Of a DNA stretch of 64,000 nucleotides, positions 1 to 9,363 are shown in pieces. Within the stretch, counting starts at the first letter, position 1. Every line of letters starts with the position of its first letter. The stretch is taken from IMG/VR virus record IMGVR_UViG_3300027819_000006, one strand, 5' to 3'. Made by a program: the position numbers and the translations under genes. The notes under the pieces were generated by a model, which had not been told where the DNA came from, did no database searches, and saw nothing but the letters and a program-made list of their open reading frames with translations. This DNA is from a virus. Lineage: Duplodnaviria > Caudoviricetes.

Positions 1-283
1 GTCCTTGAGTAATATATTCCATTTTAGAATCATCTTTAAAATGATCTTTTGTAGGAAAATTGACAATGTAGACAAAATCTCTATCTAGATTATGAGTAAC
101 TAGAACTCTACCAGTAGTCAGCTCATCTTCTACACAAGCATCATAATATTCTTTGAAATTATCTGGATATCTGATCCTAAATTGTTTTGCCAGACCTGCT
201 CCCATTACACCTACACAATTTACAGTATTCACAATAGCTTGAGTTCCAGCATCAAAAATGTTACCTTTAGTGTAAGTTATCAT
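1..283 (-). CDS. Macrodomain (DarG/Appr-1-p-like ADP-ribosyl hydrolase), partial at window edge
   Basis: Manual translation from ATG at 283: MITYTKGNIFDAGTQAIVNTVNCVGVMGAGLAKQFR...IVNFPTKDHF; VNCVGVMGxG and NFPTK are macrodomain motifs. Confidence 0.85.
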   Translation of the reverse strand, partial: MITYTKGNIFDAGTQAIVNTVNCVGVMGAGLAKQFRIRYPDNFKEYYDACVEDELTTGRVLVTHNLDRDFVYIVNFPTKDHFKDDSKMEYITQG

Positions 284-391
284 GTTTTGCTCCTTATTTT
301 GTCATAGACATCTGTGAAGCATGAAAATGTACAGTATTCACAAAAATTAATGATTTAATAAACAATAAAAAATTTTAACATAGCAAAAACT

Positions 392-703
392 CTATATTCG
401 TGTTAATATCAGATAGTTTAGTTGCTGATTTGAAATTACTTGATTTGCTAATTTTCTATTTATGACAACATCAGATTTGCCATATCTATTTTTCAGAACT
501 CTGACTCCTCTGTTCAAGAACACAAAAACTACATCATTCATTTCTAAATCTATGTTCTGTTTTATAGCAGCTAAGTTTTGTGCAATGTCTTGTTGATTGT
601 TAGCTCTGTTAACTCTTCGAATTAAATCATTTTCATGAATACAGAGTATTTTCATTTCACAACCTTTCTGCAGTAATCGTACATTGCTATTGCTGAGGCA
701 CAT
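392..703 (-). CDS. hypothetical protein
   Basis: ORF in operon orientation; likely start at MKILCIHEN. Confidence 0.4.
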   Translation of the reverse strand: MCLSNSNVRLLQKGCEMKILCIHENDLIRRVNRANNQQDIAQNLAAIKQNIDLEMNDVVFVFLNRGVRVLKNRYGKSDVVINRKLANQVISNQQLNYLILTRI

Positions 704-1179
704 CCCACGTTAAGAGATCTAATAGACCCCTGCATTCTGATAAAAATTATATCATTACACATGTCTAAAATATCTTTTGAAATTCCCAGCTGTTCTTCTC
801 CAAATAACATTAGAACATGTTTATCTGCTTGCCATTCATAAGTCTCTATGGACTTTGAATTCTCTACATTATCAATCCCAACTGTATAGAATTGTTTGAA
901 AAATGTTTCTAAATCTGTATCTATTGGCAAGTGTACAATCTTTTCATAGTGATTAGTTCCTACACAACCTCTTCTGTCAAATCTTTTGTTGCCATAGATA
1001 AATATTTGTTTAGCTAGAAATGCGTTGCAGTTACGAACGATAGATCCTAAATTGAAATCGTGGTGAATATTTACACAGAATACAGAAAAATTGTGTCTCT
1101 TTGCATCAAGGTCTGAAATTATTTCAGAATGAAGCCAATAATGATAGTAGTTGCAGATATTTCTGGTTTCTTTTTGCAT
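652..1179 (-). CDS. SpoU/TrmH-family RNA 2'-O-methyltransferase
   Basis: FNLGSIVRNCNAF, LFGEEQLGIS and IRMQGSIRSLNVGCASAIAMY match SPOUT motifs 1-3. Confidence 0.85.
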   Translation of the reverse strand: MQKETRNICNYYHYWLHSEIISDLDAKRHNFSVFCVNIHHDFNLGSIVRNCNAFLAKQIFIYGNKRFDRRGCVGTNHYEKIVHLPIDTDLETFFKQFYTVGIDNVENSKSIETYEWQADKHVLMLFGEEQLGISKDILDMCNDIIFIRMQGSIRSLNVGCASAIAMYDYCRKVVK

Positions 1180-1200
1180 TATAAAACCCTTTAGATAAAT

Positions 1201-1506
1201 TTAATCTATATCCTCTTCTGATTCACACATTTCAATGAGCCCAGTGAAAATATCTATCAACTTGTTTGAAAAGTTGTTGATTGCAAAACCAATATCTGTT
1301 GCAACTTTACTTGAGAACTGTTCTACTATCTGTAGCTGCTCAACCTGATGTCTTTTTGTTATTTGGCAAATACGCTTGAGAAAAACTGCTTTCTGTTCAT
1401 CGGTAATAGATTCAATGACAAAATCATCTTCTGGTTCATTGATCATATAGCTCATGATATCAACTCTTTCTCTTAAAAGAAACTGCAGGATAGACCTTGA
1501 CATCAA
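1201..1506 (-). CDS. hypothetical protein
   Basis: 101-aa ORF, operonic. Confidence 0.45.
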   Translation of the reverse strand: MMSRSILQFLLRERVDIMSYMINEPEDDFVIESITDEQKAVFLKRICQITKRHQVEQLQIVEQFSSKVATDIGFAINNFSNKLIDIFTGLIEMCESEEDID

Positions 1507-1831
1507 AAACTTCAGAATTCACTGTATCTGAAACATCTAAATTTTTCTTGAGTTCCTTTGAAATTGAATGAGAAACTTTTGTTTCGACATACTTGCTATA
1601 CATATCACCAAAGAAAGATTTTAAAACATTCTCATCATTACTTTTGAAACTGAAAGACTTCCTCCAGAGAATTTCACAAATTGCAGTATCACCATCAAAA
1701 AGAGCTTTTGTACTATTAGATTTTTCAATCATACAAGATCTAATTTGTCCAAGTCTAAATGACAATTCTGCAATTTGATCTTGAATGTCAATAGCTTCAT
1801 CGATCAATCTTGCAATAGAGTCTGAATTCAT
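1460..1831 (-). CDS. hypothetical protein
   Basis: 123-aa ORF with GGAG RBS. Confidence 0.5.
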   Translation of the reverse strand: MNSDSIARLIDEAIDIQDQIAELSFRLGQIRSCMIEKSNSTKALFDGDTAICEILWRKSFSFKSNDENVLKSFFGDMYSKYVETKVSHSISKELKKNLDVSDTVNSEVFDVKVYPAVSFKRKS

Positions 1832-2054
1832 TTTATAACTCCTTAACGAGAGTCATCCATCATTGCAAAAGCTTGCCCATTTTCCACAATCCACATTCCA
1901 TACTTGTCTTTTGGCAGTTTACGATTCAGATATTCAACCTTGATAGTAGCAGATTTTTCAGAAAGTTCGCTATAAAGAGTTCTGAGATATTGATAATTTC
2001 CATTCTTCATTTGCAAGTAGAGATTGACATCGAAGAGTCTCATTTTTTCTTATC

Positions 2055-2282
2055 CTATGAGATGAGATTCATTACTACATCTTCTCTAAAGCTATAAACA
2101 TTTTTTGGACATATTGGGCTATCATCAGAAGTTATAGCTTTTATAATACCCGTCTTAAAAAGATTTGTAGATAGTACTGTATATTCAACTCCATCAACAT
2201 AAAACTTTTTTCCTAACGGAGAACCCTTACCATTAAAGCGCTTTTCAGTAAGATTTTTAAAATATTCCTCTAGATTGTTCAT
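2055..2282 (-). CDS. hypothetical protein
   Basis: First ORF after the promoter at 2325-2353, GGAG RBS. Confidence 0.5.
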   Translation of the reverse strand: MNNLEEYFKNLTEKRFNGKGSPLGKKFYVDGVEYTVLSTNLFKTGIIKAITSDDSPICPKNVYSFREDVVMNLIS

Positions 2283-2324
2283 TTGAATTCTCCCGTTTAA
2301 GTTATAACCATTTTGTAATGTTTA

Positions 2325-2353
2325 AATATAAACAATCTATGAACGAATGTAAA
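2325..2353 (-). promoter_or_regulatory. sigma70-type early promoter (class I)
   Basis: TTTACA-N17-TATATT with conserved spacer ATAGATTGTT; one of 12 copies. Confidence 0.75.
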
Positions 2354-2424
2354 CAAAAAAGATTAAACTCCGACAAAATAATTCATCAGAGCTTTTAATT
2401 TTCTACCTTATTCACAGATAAAAT

Positions 2425-2862
2425 CTATCTCAAAACAATTTCTCTGATCTTTTGCTTAACTTCTTCTCTATTAAGATTTATATCATGCTCCCAAAATCTT
2501 AGCAATTGAAACCCTCTCTTTCTAGCTAACCAATTTTTGACAACATCATTTCTTTTATTCTTCAATTGCATATAATTCTTATTTTCATTCATCTCATCAG
2601 AACCATGCCAATAATCTCCATCAACTTCTATAAGGATGTTTTTGCTCAGAATTCTAAAGTCATATACTTTCCAGCTATTGATGAAATTTATTGGATACTC
2701 AATTTCAAATTCTATTCCAAGCTCTGTTAAAATGCAAGACATCTCTTCTTCTGGAGCAGTTCTTTTTCTATTCTTTCTTTGTGGTTCTCTAAAAGTAACT
2801 CTGCCTTCTTTTCTCTTGTTTTTCAGAAATTTTACAAATGTCTTCTTAAAGCCTCTCTTCAA
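2425..2862 (-). CDS. DUF559/Vsr-like endonuclease
   Basis: EEEMSCIL...YDFRIL..NILIEVDGDYWHG...GFQLLRFWEHDI. Confidence 0.75.
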   Translation of the reverse strand: MKRGFKKTFVKFLKNKRKEGRVTFREPQRKNRKRTAPEEEMSCILTELGIEFEIEYPINFINSWKVYDFRILSKNILIEVDGDYWHGSDEMNENKNYMQLKNKRNDVVKNWLARKRGFQLLRFWEHDINLNREEVKQKIREIVLR

Positions 2863-2871
2863 GCATAATCT

Positions 2872-3300
2872 CTATTTTGATCCCTCAGGAGATTCATCAG
2901 GATCTATGATCTTACCTAAATTTTCAGAAACATGATTTGATGCATTCTGTATCATGTCATTTATCATGGCATTTCCGCCTCCAGGAACTTGTTCTGCTAT
3001 CAGACTAAGTTTGGTTTCTACATCTTGTCTAGCTATAAATCTCTGTAATACCTCAAATAAATATACTTGAGCTTCACAGAAATTAGCTTGTGCACTCTTG
3101 ATTCTCTTACACTGTTCAAGAATTTCCATTGGATCAGTTAAATCTAAAAATTCTCTTTTTGTAGATAGTAATTGTAGAGCTGCATATACGTTGTCTAATT
3201 GGTTTTTGACACTGTCATATATTTGAGTTACAGAACTGATTGTTAGATTAACATCTAATCTTTGTTCTTTATTTACATTTTTACCATTGCTTTTTTTCAT
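2872..3300 (-). CDS. hypothetical coiled-coil protein
   Basis: 142-aa ORF. Confidence 0.45.
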   Translation of the reverse strand: MKKSNGKNVNKEQRLDVNLTISSVTQIYDSVKNQLDNVYAALQLLSTKREFLDLTDPMEILEQCKRIKSAQANFCEAQVYLFEVLQRFIARQDVETKLSLIAEQVPGGGNAMINDMIQNASNHVSENLGKIIDPDESPEGSK

Positions 3301-3318
3301 TATATAGCTTTCTATTTG

Positions 3319-3912
3319 CTAAAATTGTTTAATATATGTGAATGATGCTCTTCTAAGTACTTTGTCAGCATAATTTGTAGTGCTAAATTTGTTTCCTTTA
3401 TTGTATCTCTCTAATGCTCTTACTAGATTATTGTTTTCTATTTTCAGACACCACTCTAAATGATTGATACCTGCTTTCAGATTTTCTTTTGTATTGTACA
3501 GATCATAACCTCTTACTCCATATATTTCAGCTGTAGCAGGTTTTACTTGCATCAGACCACGAGCATTTTTATTAGATTTACTATTTGTATTGAAATCTGA
3601 TTCTATGCTGATAATGCTGAAAACTATTGCAGGATTGATTTTCTTGTTTGTAGACATAAAATAGATGTATATAGCAAGAGTAGTATCAATTTTAAATTCT
3701 TTGGCATAAAGTTTAGATTTATTTATATGTTGTTCGAGTATTTTTGTTCTATGTTCTATGTCCTGTATTTTAGAGTTCAGTTCTGATATCTTTGTATTAT
3801 TTTTATCGATAATTTCTAATTTCTTTATGTAGCTCAAGCTACACACCATAAAGACAAAAATAATAAATACAGATAGAGAAATCTTTATAGTGAATAGAGC
3901 TTTAAACAGCAT
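3319..3912 (-). CDS. Lytic transglycosylase (SLT domain) with N-terminal membrane anchor
   Basis: IISIESDFN (catalytic E), ARGLMQVKPATA, NLKAGINHL, ALERYNKG. Confidence 0.85.
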   Translation of the reverse strand: MLFKALFTIKISLSVFIIFVFMVCSLSYIKKLEIIDKNNTKISELNSKIQDIEHRTKILEQHINKSKLYAKEFKIDTTLAIYIYFMSTNKKINPAIVFSIISIESDFNTNSKSNKNARGLMQVKPATAEIYGVRGYDLYNTKENLKAGINHLEWCLKIENNNLVRALERYNKGNKFSTTNYADKVLRRASFTYIKQF

Positions 3913-4648
3913 TTTCTAGAGTAATAAAAAAATCTTTTTCTAAATTTAAATTAGAAGCATGACAAATTCCAGAGCCATTAACAATAGCTAAACGTCTAGC
4001 CTTTACATCAGAAATCCATTTAGGATTTGCAGTTTCTGCTCTTTTAATAGCTATTATAGTAAGTTTTTGAACTTCATCAGTTATATTCTGTTTTACAAAA
4101 GTTTGCAATATATCTAATTTCATTGTATCAGAAATTCCACCTTGCTGTGTTCTCAAATCGAAGAACATCGCTGCCGCTCTTTGAGACTTAACCTGGTATA
4201 TTGGCATCATAGCCAAAGCTTTATCAAATACATTTTTAGCAACTTTCAACTGAATTTGTTGCATTTCATTAGTCTGACCTAATTTATAGAATCTATCTTT
4301 CCATTCTGGTAATATTTTATTATTTGTTTGTATTGCAGCTGACCAAGCTACTTGTGATTGTATATCTGTTTTATTCAACATCTCTTTAAAAGTAGCCGAA
4401 CCATTGCCAAAAATATTATCTACTATAGCACTATGACTCTGAATCATTTCTTTTAAAAGTGGTTGTAATGATCCTTGTCCTAAACAAAATTGTAAACATC
4501 CAAATGAAAAACCTTGTCCGTCAAAATTTCCACTCATGCCACTATAACTTTCAAGTGGCATTTTACCTGTCTCTATAAAACTTGTAAGAGCTACACACTT
4601 CTCTAATAATGTAGAGTCTTTATTTAATCTATTCATATAATTCTCCAA
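3902..4648 (-). CDS. Putative endolysin (lysozyme/chitosanase-like fold); likely start 4636
   Basis: FIETG...SGNFDGQGFSFGCLQFCLGQGSLQPLL resembles phage/Firmicute peptidoglycan hydrolases; adjacent to SLT. Confidence 0.6.
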   Translation of the reverse strand: MENYMNRLNKDSTLLEKCVALTSFIETGKMPLESYSGMSGNFDGQGFSFGCLQFCLGQGSLQPLLKEMIQSHSAIVDNIFGNGSATFKEMLNKTDIQSQVAWSAAIQTNNKILPEWKDRFYKLGQTNEMQQIQLKVAKNVFDKALAMMPIYQVKSQRAAAMFFDLRTQQGGISDTMKLDILQTFVKQNITDEVQKLTIIAIKRAETANPKWISDVKARRLAIVNGSGICHASNLNLEKDFFITLENAV

Positions 4649-5477
4649 AGTTTATTAACATCACTTTCCCATATTCTAACTAATTTATAACCATATTTTT
4701 TAGCTAATTCATTTTTTAATTGATCTATTTCTATTTTTATTTTCTGAAATTCGTTTACTGGTCCATTTGGATAATATTCAGGATTACAATGATGATAATT
4801 GCCGTCTACTTCTACTAGTATATTAAAATCTTGTAAATAAAAATCATAATATCTGTTTTCGATCTTGAATTGATTTTCATACCTAATATTACTTTCTATA
4901 TTTTTTCTACTGATTCTTCTACTTTTGAAGTTCTTCTATGCCAATCTTTAGCTACTTTTTCTTTCCACATTTTTTCAGCTATTTCTATACCAAAACTTTT
5001 AGCCCAAAAATCTTTGACTGTTTTGCCATACATCACATTCTTTGAACCTTTTTTATCATCTGACATTTTTAGCAATCTATCATCTGTATTCTTATTTAAC
5101 CCGTCATTCCAGTTTTTACCACCATTTTCATAAAATAAAATCATGCCTGCAGAAGTTTTATTTCCATGTATTTTTACTCTCTCATCTGTTTCTTTTGTAA
5201 GACCTTTATTCCAAGCACCCGATTTGACAAAACCAATTTTTAAAATGCTATTACGACATCCATAACATCTATTATTAGGTCCTTTCACTTCTTTATTACA
5301 GTCATTTTCTATACATTTATATTTATCTAATTTCAGAATTTCAAACCAATATTTTTTAGAATTTACCTTATGTTTTGCTCCAACATGACCAAATAAAGCA
5401 TTATAGCTTTTGAAAACTTTCTTGCAAATAAAACATGATGGTAGTGGATTATTACTTTTATATTCACTTATATTCAA
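4633..5477 (-). pseudogene. Homing-type endonuclease (Zn finger + NUMOD3-like + DUF559), one frameshift near 4896
   Basis: AWNKGLTKETDERV repeats; other frame continues NIRYENQFKIENRYYDFYLQDFNILVEVDGNYHH...VRIWESDVNKLWRII*; stop overlaps lysin ATG. Confidence 0.75.
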
Positions 5478-5497
5478 TCTATTTCTCCTATAATAAA

Positions 5498-5614
5498 AGC
5501 CAAGCAATTGTAATCTACAATAGACTATGAATCTAGTAGTTGCTTGGCTCAAACTATTGGTTAAGTTTATTGTAGATTACAATATAAATATATTTATAAG
5601 AGAAATAAATGCAA
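5498..5614 (-). promoter_or_regulatory. Class II promoter plus interleaved inverted-repeat leader (X-Y-X'-Y')
   Basis: ttgtaatctacaata 5508-5522 / 5568-5582 and agccaagcaa 5498-5507 / 5540-5549; TTGCAT...TATATTTATATT upstream. Confidence 0.75.
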
Positions 5615-5619
5615 ATCAC

Positions 5620-5769
5620 TCACTGCTGGATAGGGCCATACGAAATTCCCATGAGATCGAAATTTCCAGAAATGCAGCTGTAACACTCGGGTGGCATCTT
5701 ACTGTTTTCAATAAATCCAGTGAGACAGACTACCTTTTCTAATAGAGATGAATCTTTAGTTAATTTCAA
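5620..5769 (-). pseudogene. Displaced N-terminal stub of the lysin at 3902-4648
   Basis: TTG start with GGAG RBS; MKLTKDSSLLEKVVCLTGFIENSKMPPECYSCISGNFDLMGISYGPIQQ*; 29/46 identical to the lysin N-terminus by hand alignment. Confidence 0.85.
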
Positions 5770-5815
5770 ATTAACTCTCCATATTAATTGTTCAATATAA
5801 ATATATAATGCTAAT

Positions 5816-6115
5816 CTATAATGTCAGAACAGTATAGTCTCTTAACATTTGTCTGAACGGTGAAACTTTCTTTTTAGGATACAACTCTTCATCAGCTTTC
5901 ACAAAATCTTCATATTGTAGAGTAACAATATTCATATATTCGACATAGTCCATATCTTCTTTATTAACTTTCAGTTGTTTTACTCTTTCATTTTTAATCT
6001 GTACAGCTCTTTCTGCTATTTTTACTCTTTTAGCATAAACTGCGTTATCAAAATGAGCCACAATTGTTGGCATAAAAGCTATCAATATGAAAAGAACAAT
6101 GCAAGCTATGATCAT
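5816..6115 (-). CDS. hypothetical membrane-anchored protein
   Basis: N-terminal hydrophobic segment. Confidence 0.45.
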   Translation of the reverse strand: MIIACIVLFILIAFMPTIVAHFDNAVYAKRVKIAERAVQIKNERVKQLKVNKEDMDYVEYMNIVTLQYEDFVKADEELYPKKKVSPFRQMLRDYTVLTL

Positions 6116-6132
6116 TTCTATACTCCTCTTAT

Positions 6133-6173
6133 GTGAACTAATTCCACCTAAAGGTTGGAATCTTTCTTTTTGA
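6133..6173 (-). mobile_element. 41-bp IS200/IS605-type remnant (fused left/right end hairpin)
   Basis: gtgaactaattccacctaaagg matches the right end at 27599; ggaatctttctttttga matches the left end at 28972-28988. Confidence 0.65.
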
Positions 6174-6177
6174 AATT

Positions 6178-6558
6178 TTATGTAAAATAAGCAATTGCTA
6201 AATAGTTACACAACAAATGAAATGTATTATCTGTAACAATGTAGACTAACCACTTAATAGATTCTATTCTGTCTGATCTCAGACCAGTGATTTCACAAAC
6301 TTTATGTTCATCAATACAATCTACATACATGTTTCTGAATTTGCAGAAAAATTTAGCCAATGAAAATCTATCTAGAATGAAATGACTGCTGAAAATTAGC
6401 AATACAGAAGCATAAGATAGATGTAGAAAATAAGCAAATGGAAGACTATATGTTATACAGTGAGTAATACAGATAAGAGAATCTTTAGACTTGTTTAAAG
6501 CCATTCTCTCAGTTTGCAACAGATAGTCTCCAACTAGATGACAGAGTAATTGTAACAT
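6178..6558 (-). CDS. DUF3307-like membrane protein
   Basis: HLVGDYLLQ...HCITY...HFILDRF...DNTFHL. Confidence 0.65.
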   Translation of the reverse strand: MLQLLCHLVGDYLLQTERMALNKSKDSLICITHCITYSLPFAYFLHLSYASVLLIFSSHFILDRFSLAKFFCKFRNMYVDCIDEHKVCEITGLRSDRIESIKWLVYIVTDNTFHLLCNYLAIAYFT

Positions 6559-6756
6559 TTAATCTCTCTTCTTGATTATTGTTATATCTAGTGCAGTTTT
6601 CAAATAAAACATGACTGCAGGAATTGGTCCAATTACTAGAGAAATCAATATAGTAAAAATTATATCAAACAACGTTAAATCATACTTTTTTGAATCAGAT
6701 ATGATATTGAATGCAATTCCAGATATAGCCCATATAATATAAAGTAAGATTGACAT
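6559..6756 (-). CDS. small membrane protein
   Basis: Two hydrophobic segments; abuts neighbours. Confidence 0.45.
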   Translation of the reverse strand: MSILLYIIWAISGIAFNIISDSKKYDLTLFDIIFTILISLVIGPIPAVMFYLKTALDITIIKKRD

Positions 6757-7640
6757 TTATCCATTCTCCTGTAAATAATCATTTGTGATTTCTACTAATA
6801 GTTTGTCTATGGCTTTATCATTTGGTGAATACGGCAGATCACTAGTTTCATACAGCTCTTCCATTTCTTTATCATATTTCTCAGCAATTTCTATGATCTC
6901 TTCATATGTATATTTACCATTTCTAATAGCTAACAGTTCTTCTCTGTCATGCTCTCTGTAAGTAATAACTTGTTTATCTCTGTATTTCTATACCCATTCT
7001 CATGAGTCTGAAAAGATGAACACAGTGTTTTGTATCTACTTTATATTTTTCCTCTAACTCTGCTCTTTCTTTATTTCTGTTTTGCTTCCAATGCTCATAC
7101 TGTTCATATTTCTTTTTAGCATTCTCATATGCATCTTTATCAAAATAGTATCCGCCATTTTTAGTATATTCTTTTGGAATATCAAACATATTTGTTTCTA
7201 GCTTTTTCAGGTATTTCTCTGGTTCTGGCTTTGGCGGAGGATTATCTATCCAAACTTTATGCCCTTTTACTCTCTTAAGTTGACTATATGCGTAACCTGC
7301 GAAGCGGTGACGTGCTAATTTTGATAAAAATATATCTCTATTGTCAACCAATCTTTGTCCATTTGTCGCAGAATAGAATATTTTTAGGGTGTGAAAATAA
7401 AAGTTCTAAAACATTGGGATTGCAGTCTCTTGCAAGCTGAACAAACTTGTTTATAGAATATATTACAGTATCTGGCTCTTTATATTCTTGTTGCTCAAAT
7501 TTGTGCAGTCCATAGTAGAATTCTCGAGGTGCTATGCAAATCCCACGTATGTCTTCATCTGACAAAGAAGTAGAAATTCCATAGCCTATGCTGCCAGATA
7601 TACATTTGAAAATAGTTCTTTTTTCAATCCAATCAAACAT
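6757..7640 (-). pseudogene. Nucleotidyltransferase (RlaP / Pol-beta superfamily), two frameshifts
   Basis: SGSIGYG...SDEDIRG, NPNVLELLF, FAGYAYSQL, KHCVHLFRLMRMG; shifts near 7347 and 6975; third piece REHDREELLAIRNGKY...ENG*. Confidence 0.75.
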
Positions 7641-7842
7641 TTTTAATCCTTGTCATAAAATCTACAACAGCTACAGAAATATTTTGTAACAATTCTAATA
7701 GTTGTGTTTTAATTTTATCGTTGAAATCTTTAGAATCAAAAATGTAAGCGTTCATTTTCTTTATTTCATCTGGAATAGTTATAAGATTCTCAGACATAGC
7801 TGACTCCTTTGAAAGTTTTTAGCAACCATTTTGTAATGTTTA

Positions 7843-7871
7843 AATATAAACAATTTGCTATGAAAAGTAAA
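7843..7871 (-). promoter_or_regulatory. sigma70-type promoter (class I)
   Basis: TTTACT-N17-TATATT. Confidence 0.7.
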
Positions 7872-7880
7872 CAGATATTT

Positions 7881-8048
7881 TTAAACATCAATTATGGACT
7901 CTAAATAGTAATTTGGTAACATATCTTTGTTCATTTTCAAAATATTGTTAAAACATGAATCTAAAATGTAAGTATTTGCATAATCTGTATCATTTCTTAT
8001 AGATCTACCGCAGCCTTGAAGTATCTCGACGATCGTCTTCCACTGATA
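7881..8048 (-). pseudogene. Duplicate (displaced) C-terminal 55 codons of the DinG-like helicase; predicted TnpB guide source
   Basis: YQWKTIVEILQGCGRSIRNDTDYANTYILDSCFNNILKMNKDMLPNYYLESIIDV*; 36/55 identical to helicase 9364-9531; same length (168 nt). Confidence 0.9.
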
Positions 8049-8052
8049 ATTG

Positions 8053-9237
8053 CTATTTGCAGCTGCTTTCTTTGTCAGAGGGATTATAAACTCCTCTGTG
8101 CAGAATGTTTAAAGCAGCATTATAGTCTGCATCTAAACTTAGACCGCATTCCAGACATAAAAATTTATCTAATTTCCTATTTTCTTTATGTTTGAATCCA
8201 CATGAAGAACATTCCTGACTAGTATAGAAAGAAGAAACTTTCTTCAACTCTATACCCTGTTCTTCACACATCGACTGTAATTTTGAAATAGTTTTTGTAT
8301 AAGACCAATATTGCATTTTATTATTCATTTTCTTAGAATATTTTGATTTGTGTTTTACATTTTTCAAATCTTCTAAAACAACAATGGAGTTATTATAAAA
8401 ATCAATTTTATTGCATATTTCATTGATCTTATTATCTTTAAAAATAAGATATTGCTTATAATTTATAGACCCTCGTTTCATATTTGATAATTTAGTATAC
8501 AATTGTTTCATTTCTACACCATAGACATCATTGTTTGAAGAAACTAGAAGCTTATCATACCCGATGTCAAAAGCAACAGCAGCTTGCTGTTGTTTCAGCA
8601 TTATTTCTTTTTCATAAATAAATGTAATATAAAAATTACCATGTATTTTTCTTAGCAATATCGTATTTTTTCTATTCCAATTTTTGTATTTTAAAGATTG
8701 TTTATGTTGTTTGATAGGTAGATTAATTTTAAAAGCTCTTCTTTTGCTTTTTAAATATGGTAATTTTATGCCTATAAATTCATCAAAATGAGATGAAGAT
8801 TTATCATAACTTATAATTCTATAATCCATATTTATGCATATGTTTTTTATATTGATTCGTATTCTTGAAAATATATGATTTAATCGAAGCTCTGAAAATC
8901 TTTTACTCAGAAATTTTAACTGTCTATTATTTTTAGCGAAATATTTATAGCATTTTTTATATCTACTATATCTTTTATTTCTAGCATATCTAATATTAGA
9001 GCGTATTATTTCAGAAGCTTGTTTATGTATTATCTGTTTCCATCTTGAGTGTATTATTATGTTTGAGCTAACAGATTCAAAAAATTTAGCACTATTTAAG
9101 TCTGGTTTTTGCTTCAATATTTGTTCTATATAAAATATAAGATCTGTTTTATAGTCTTCAAAAACTTGCTCTAGCTGCTCTATCTTATTCTTATTAGAAA
9201 ATTTTAAAATGTGAGTGCTGCTTCTTTTTATAATCAA
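8053..9237 (-). CDS. tnpB: TnpB-family RNA-guided nuclease (RuvC triad apparently intact)
   Basis: AVAFDIG (RuvC-I), VVLEDL (II), SQECSSCG...CLECG Zn ribbon, DADYNAALNI (III). Confidence 0.9.
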   Translation of the reverse strand: MIIKRSSTHILKFSNKNKIEQLEQVFEDYKTDLIFYIEQILKQKPDLNSAKFFESVSSNIIIHSRWKQIIHKQASEIIRSNIRYARNKRYSRYKKCYKYFAKNNRQLKFLSKRFSELRLNHIFSRIRINIKNICINMDYRIISYDKSSSHFDEFIGIKLPYLKSKRRAFKINLPIKQHKQSLKYKNWNRKNTILLRKIHGNFYITFIYEKEIMLKQQQAAVAFDIGYDKLLVSSNNDVYGVEMKQLYTKLSNMKRGSINYKQYLIFKDNKINEICNKIDFYNNSIVVLEDLKNVKHKSKYSKKMNNKMQYWSYTKTISKLQSMCEEQGIELKKVSSFYTSQECSSCGFKHKENRKLDKFLCLECGLSLDADYNAALNILHRGVYNPSDKESSCK

Positions 9238-9257
9238 GTATATATCTCAAATAAAAA

Positions 9258-9361
9258 TGCCAAGTATTGGATCTTAAAAGACTATATGTCTAAAGATACT
9301 TGGCAGTTGATGTCAAGCCTTTTAAGATCCAATAATAAATATGAAATATAGAATAATGCAA
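9258..9361 (-). promoter_or_regulatory. Class II promoter plus X-Y-X'-Y' leader of tnpB
   Basis: ttggatcttaaaag 9267-9280 / 9319-9332; tgccaagta 9258-9266 / 9297-9305. Confidence 0.75.
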
Positions 9362-9363
9362 TA

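Noticed and set aside
5581-5592. T4-type late promoter TATAAATA on the plus strand
   Set aside because: It points away from the genes and is simply the reverse complement of the TATATTTAT(ATT) motif; tnpB at 24059 has TATATTTATA on its own coding strand.
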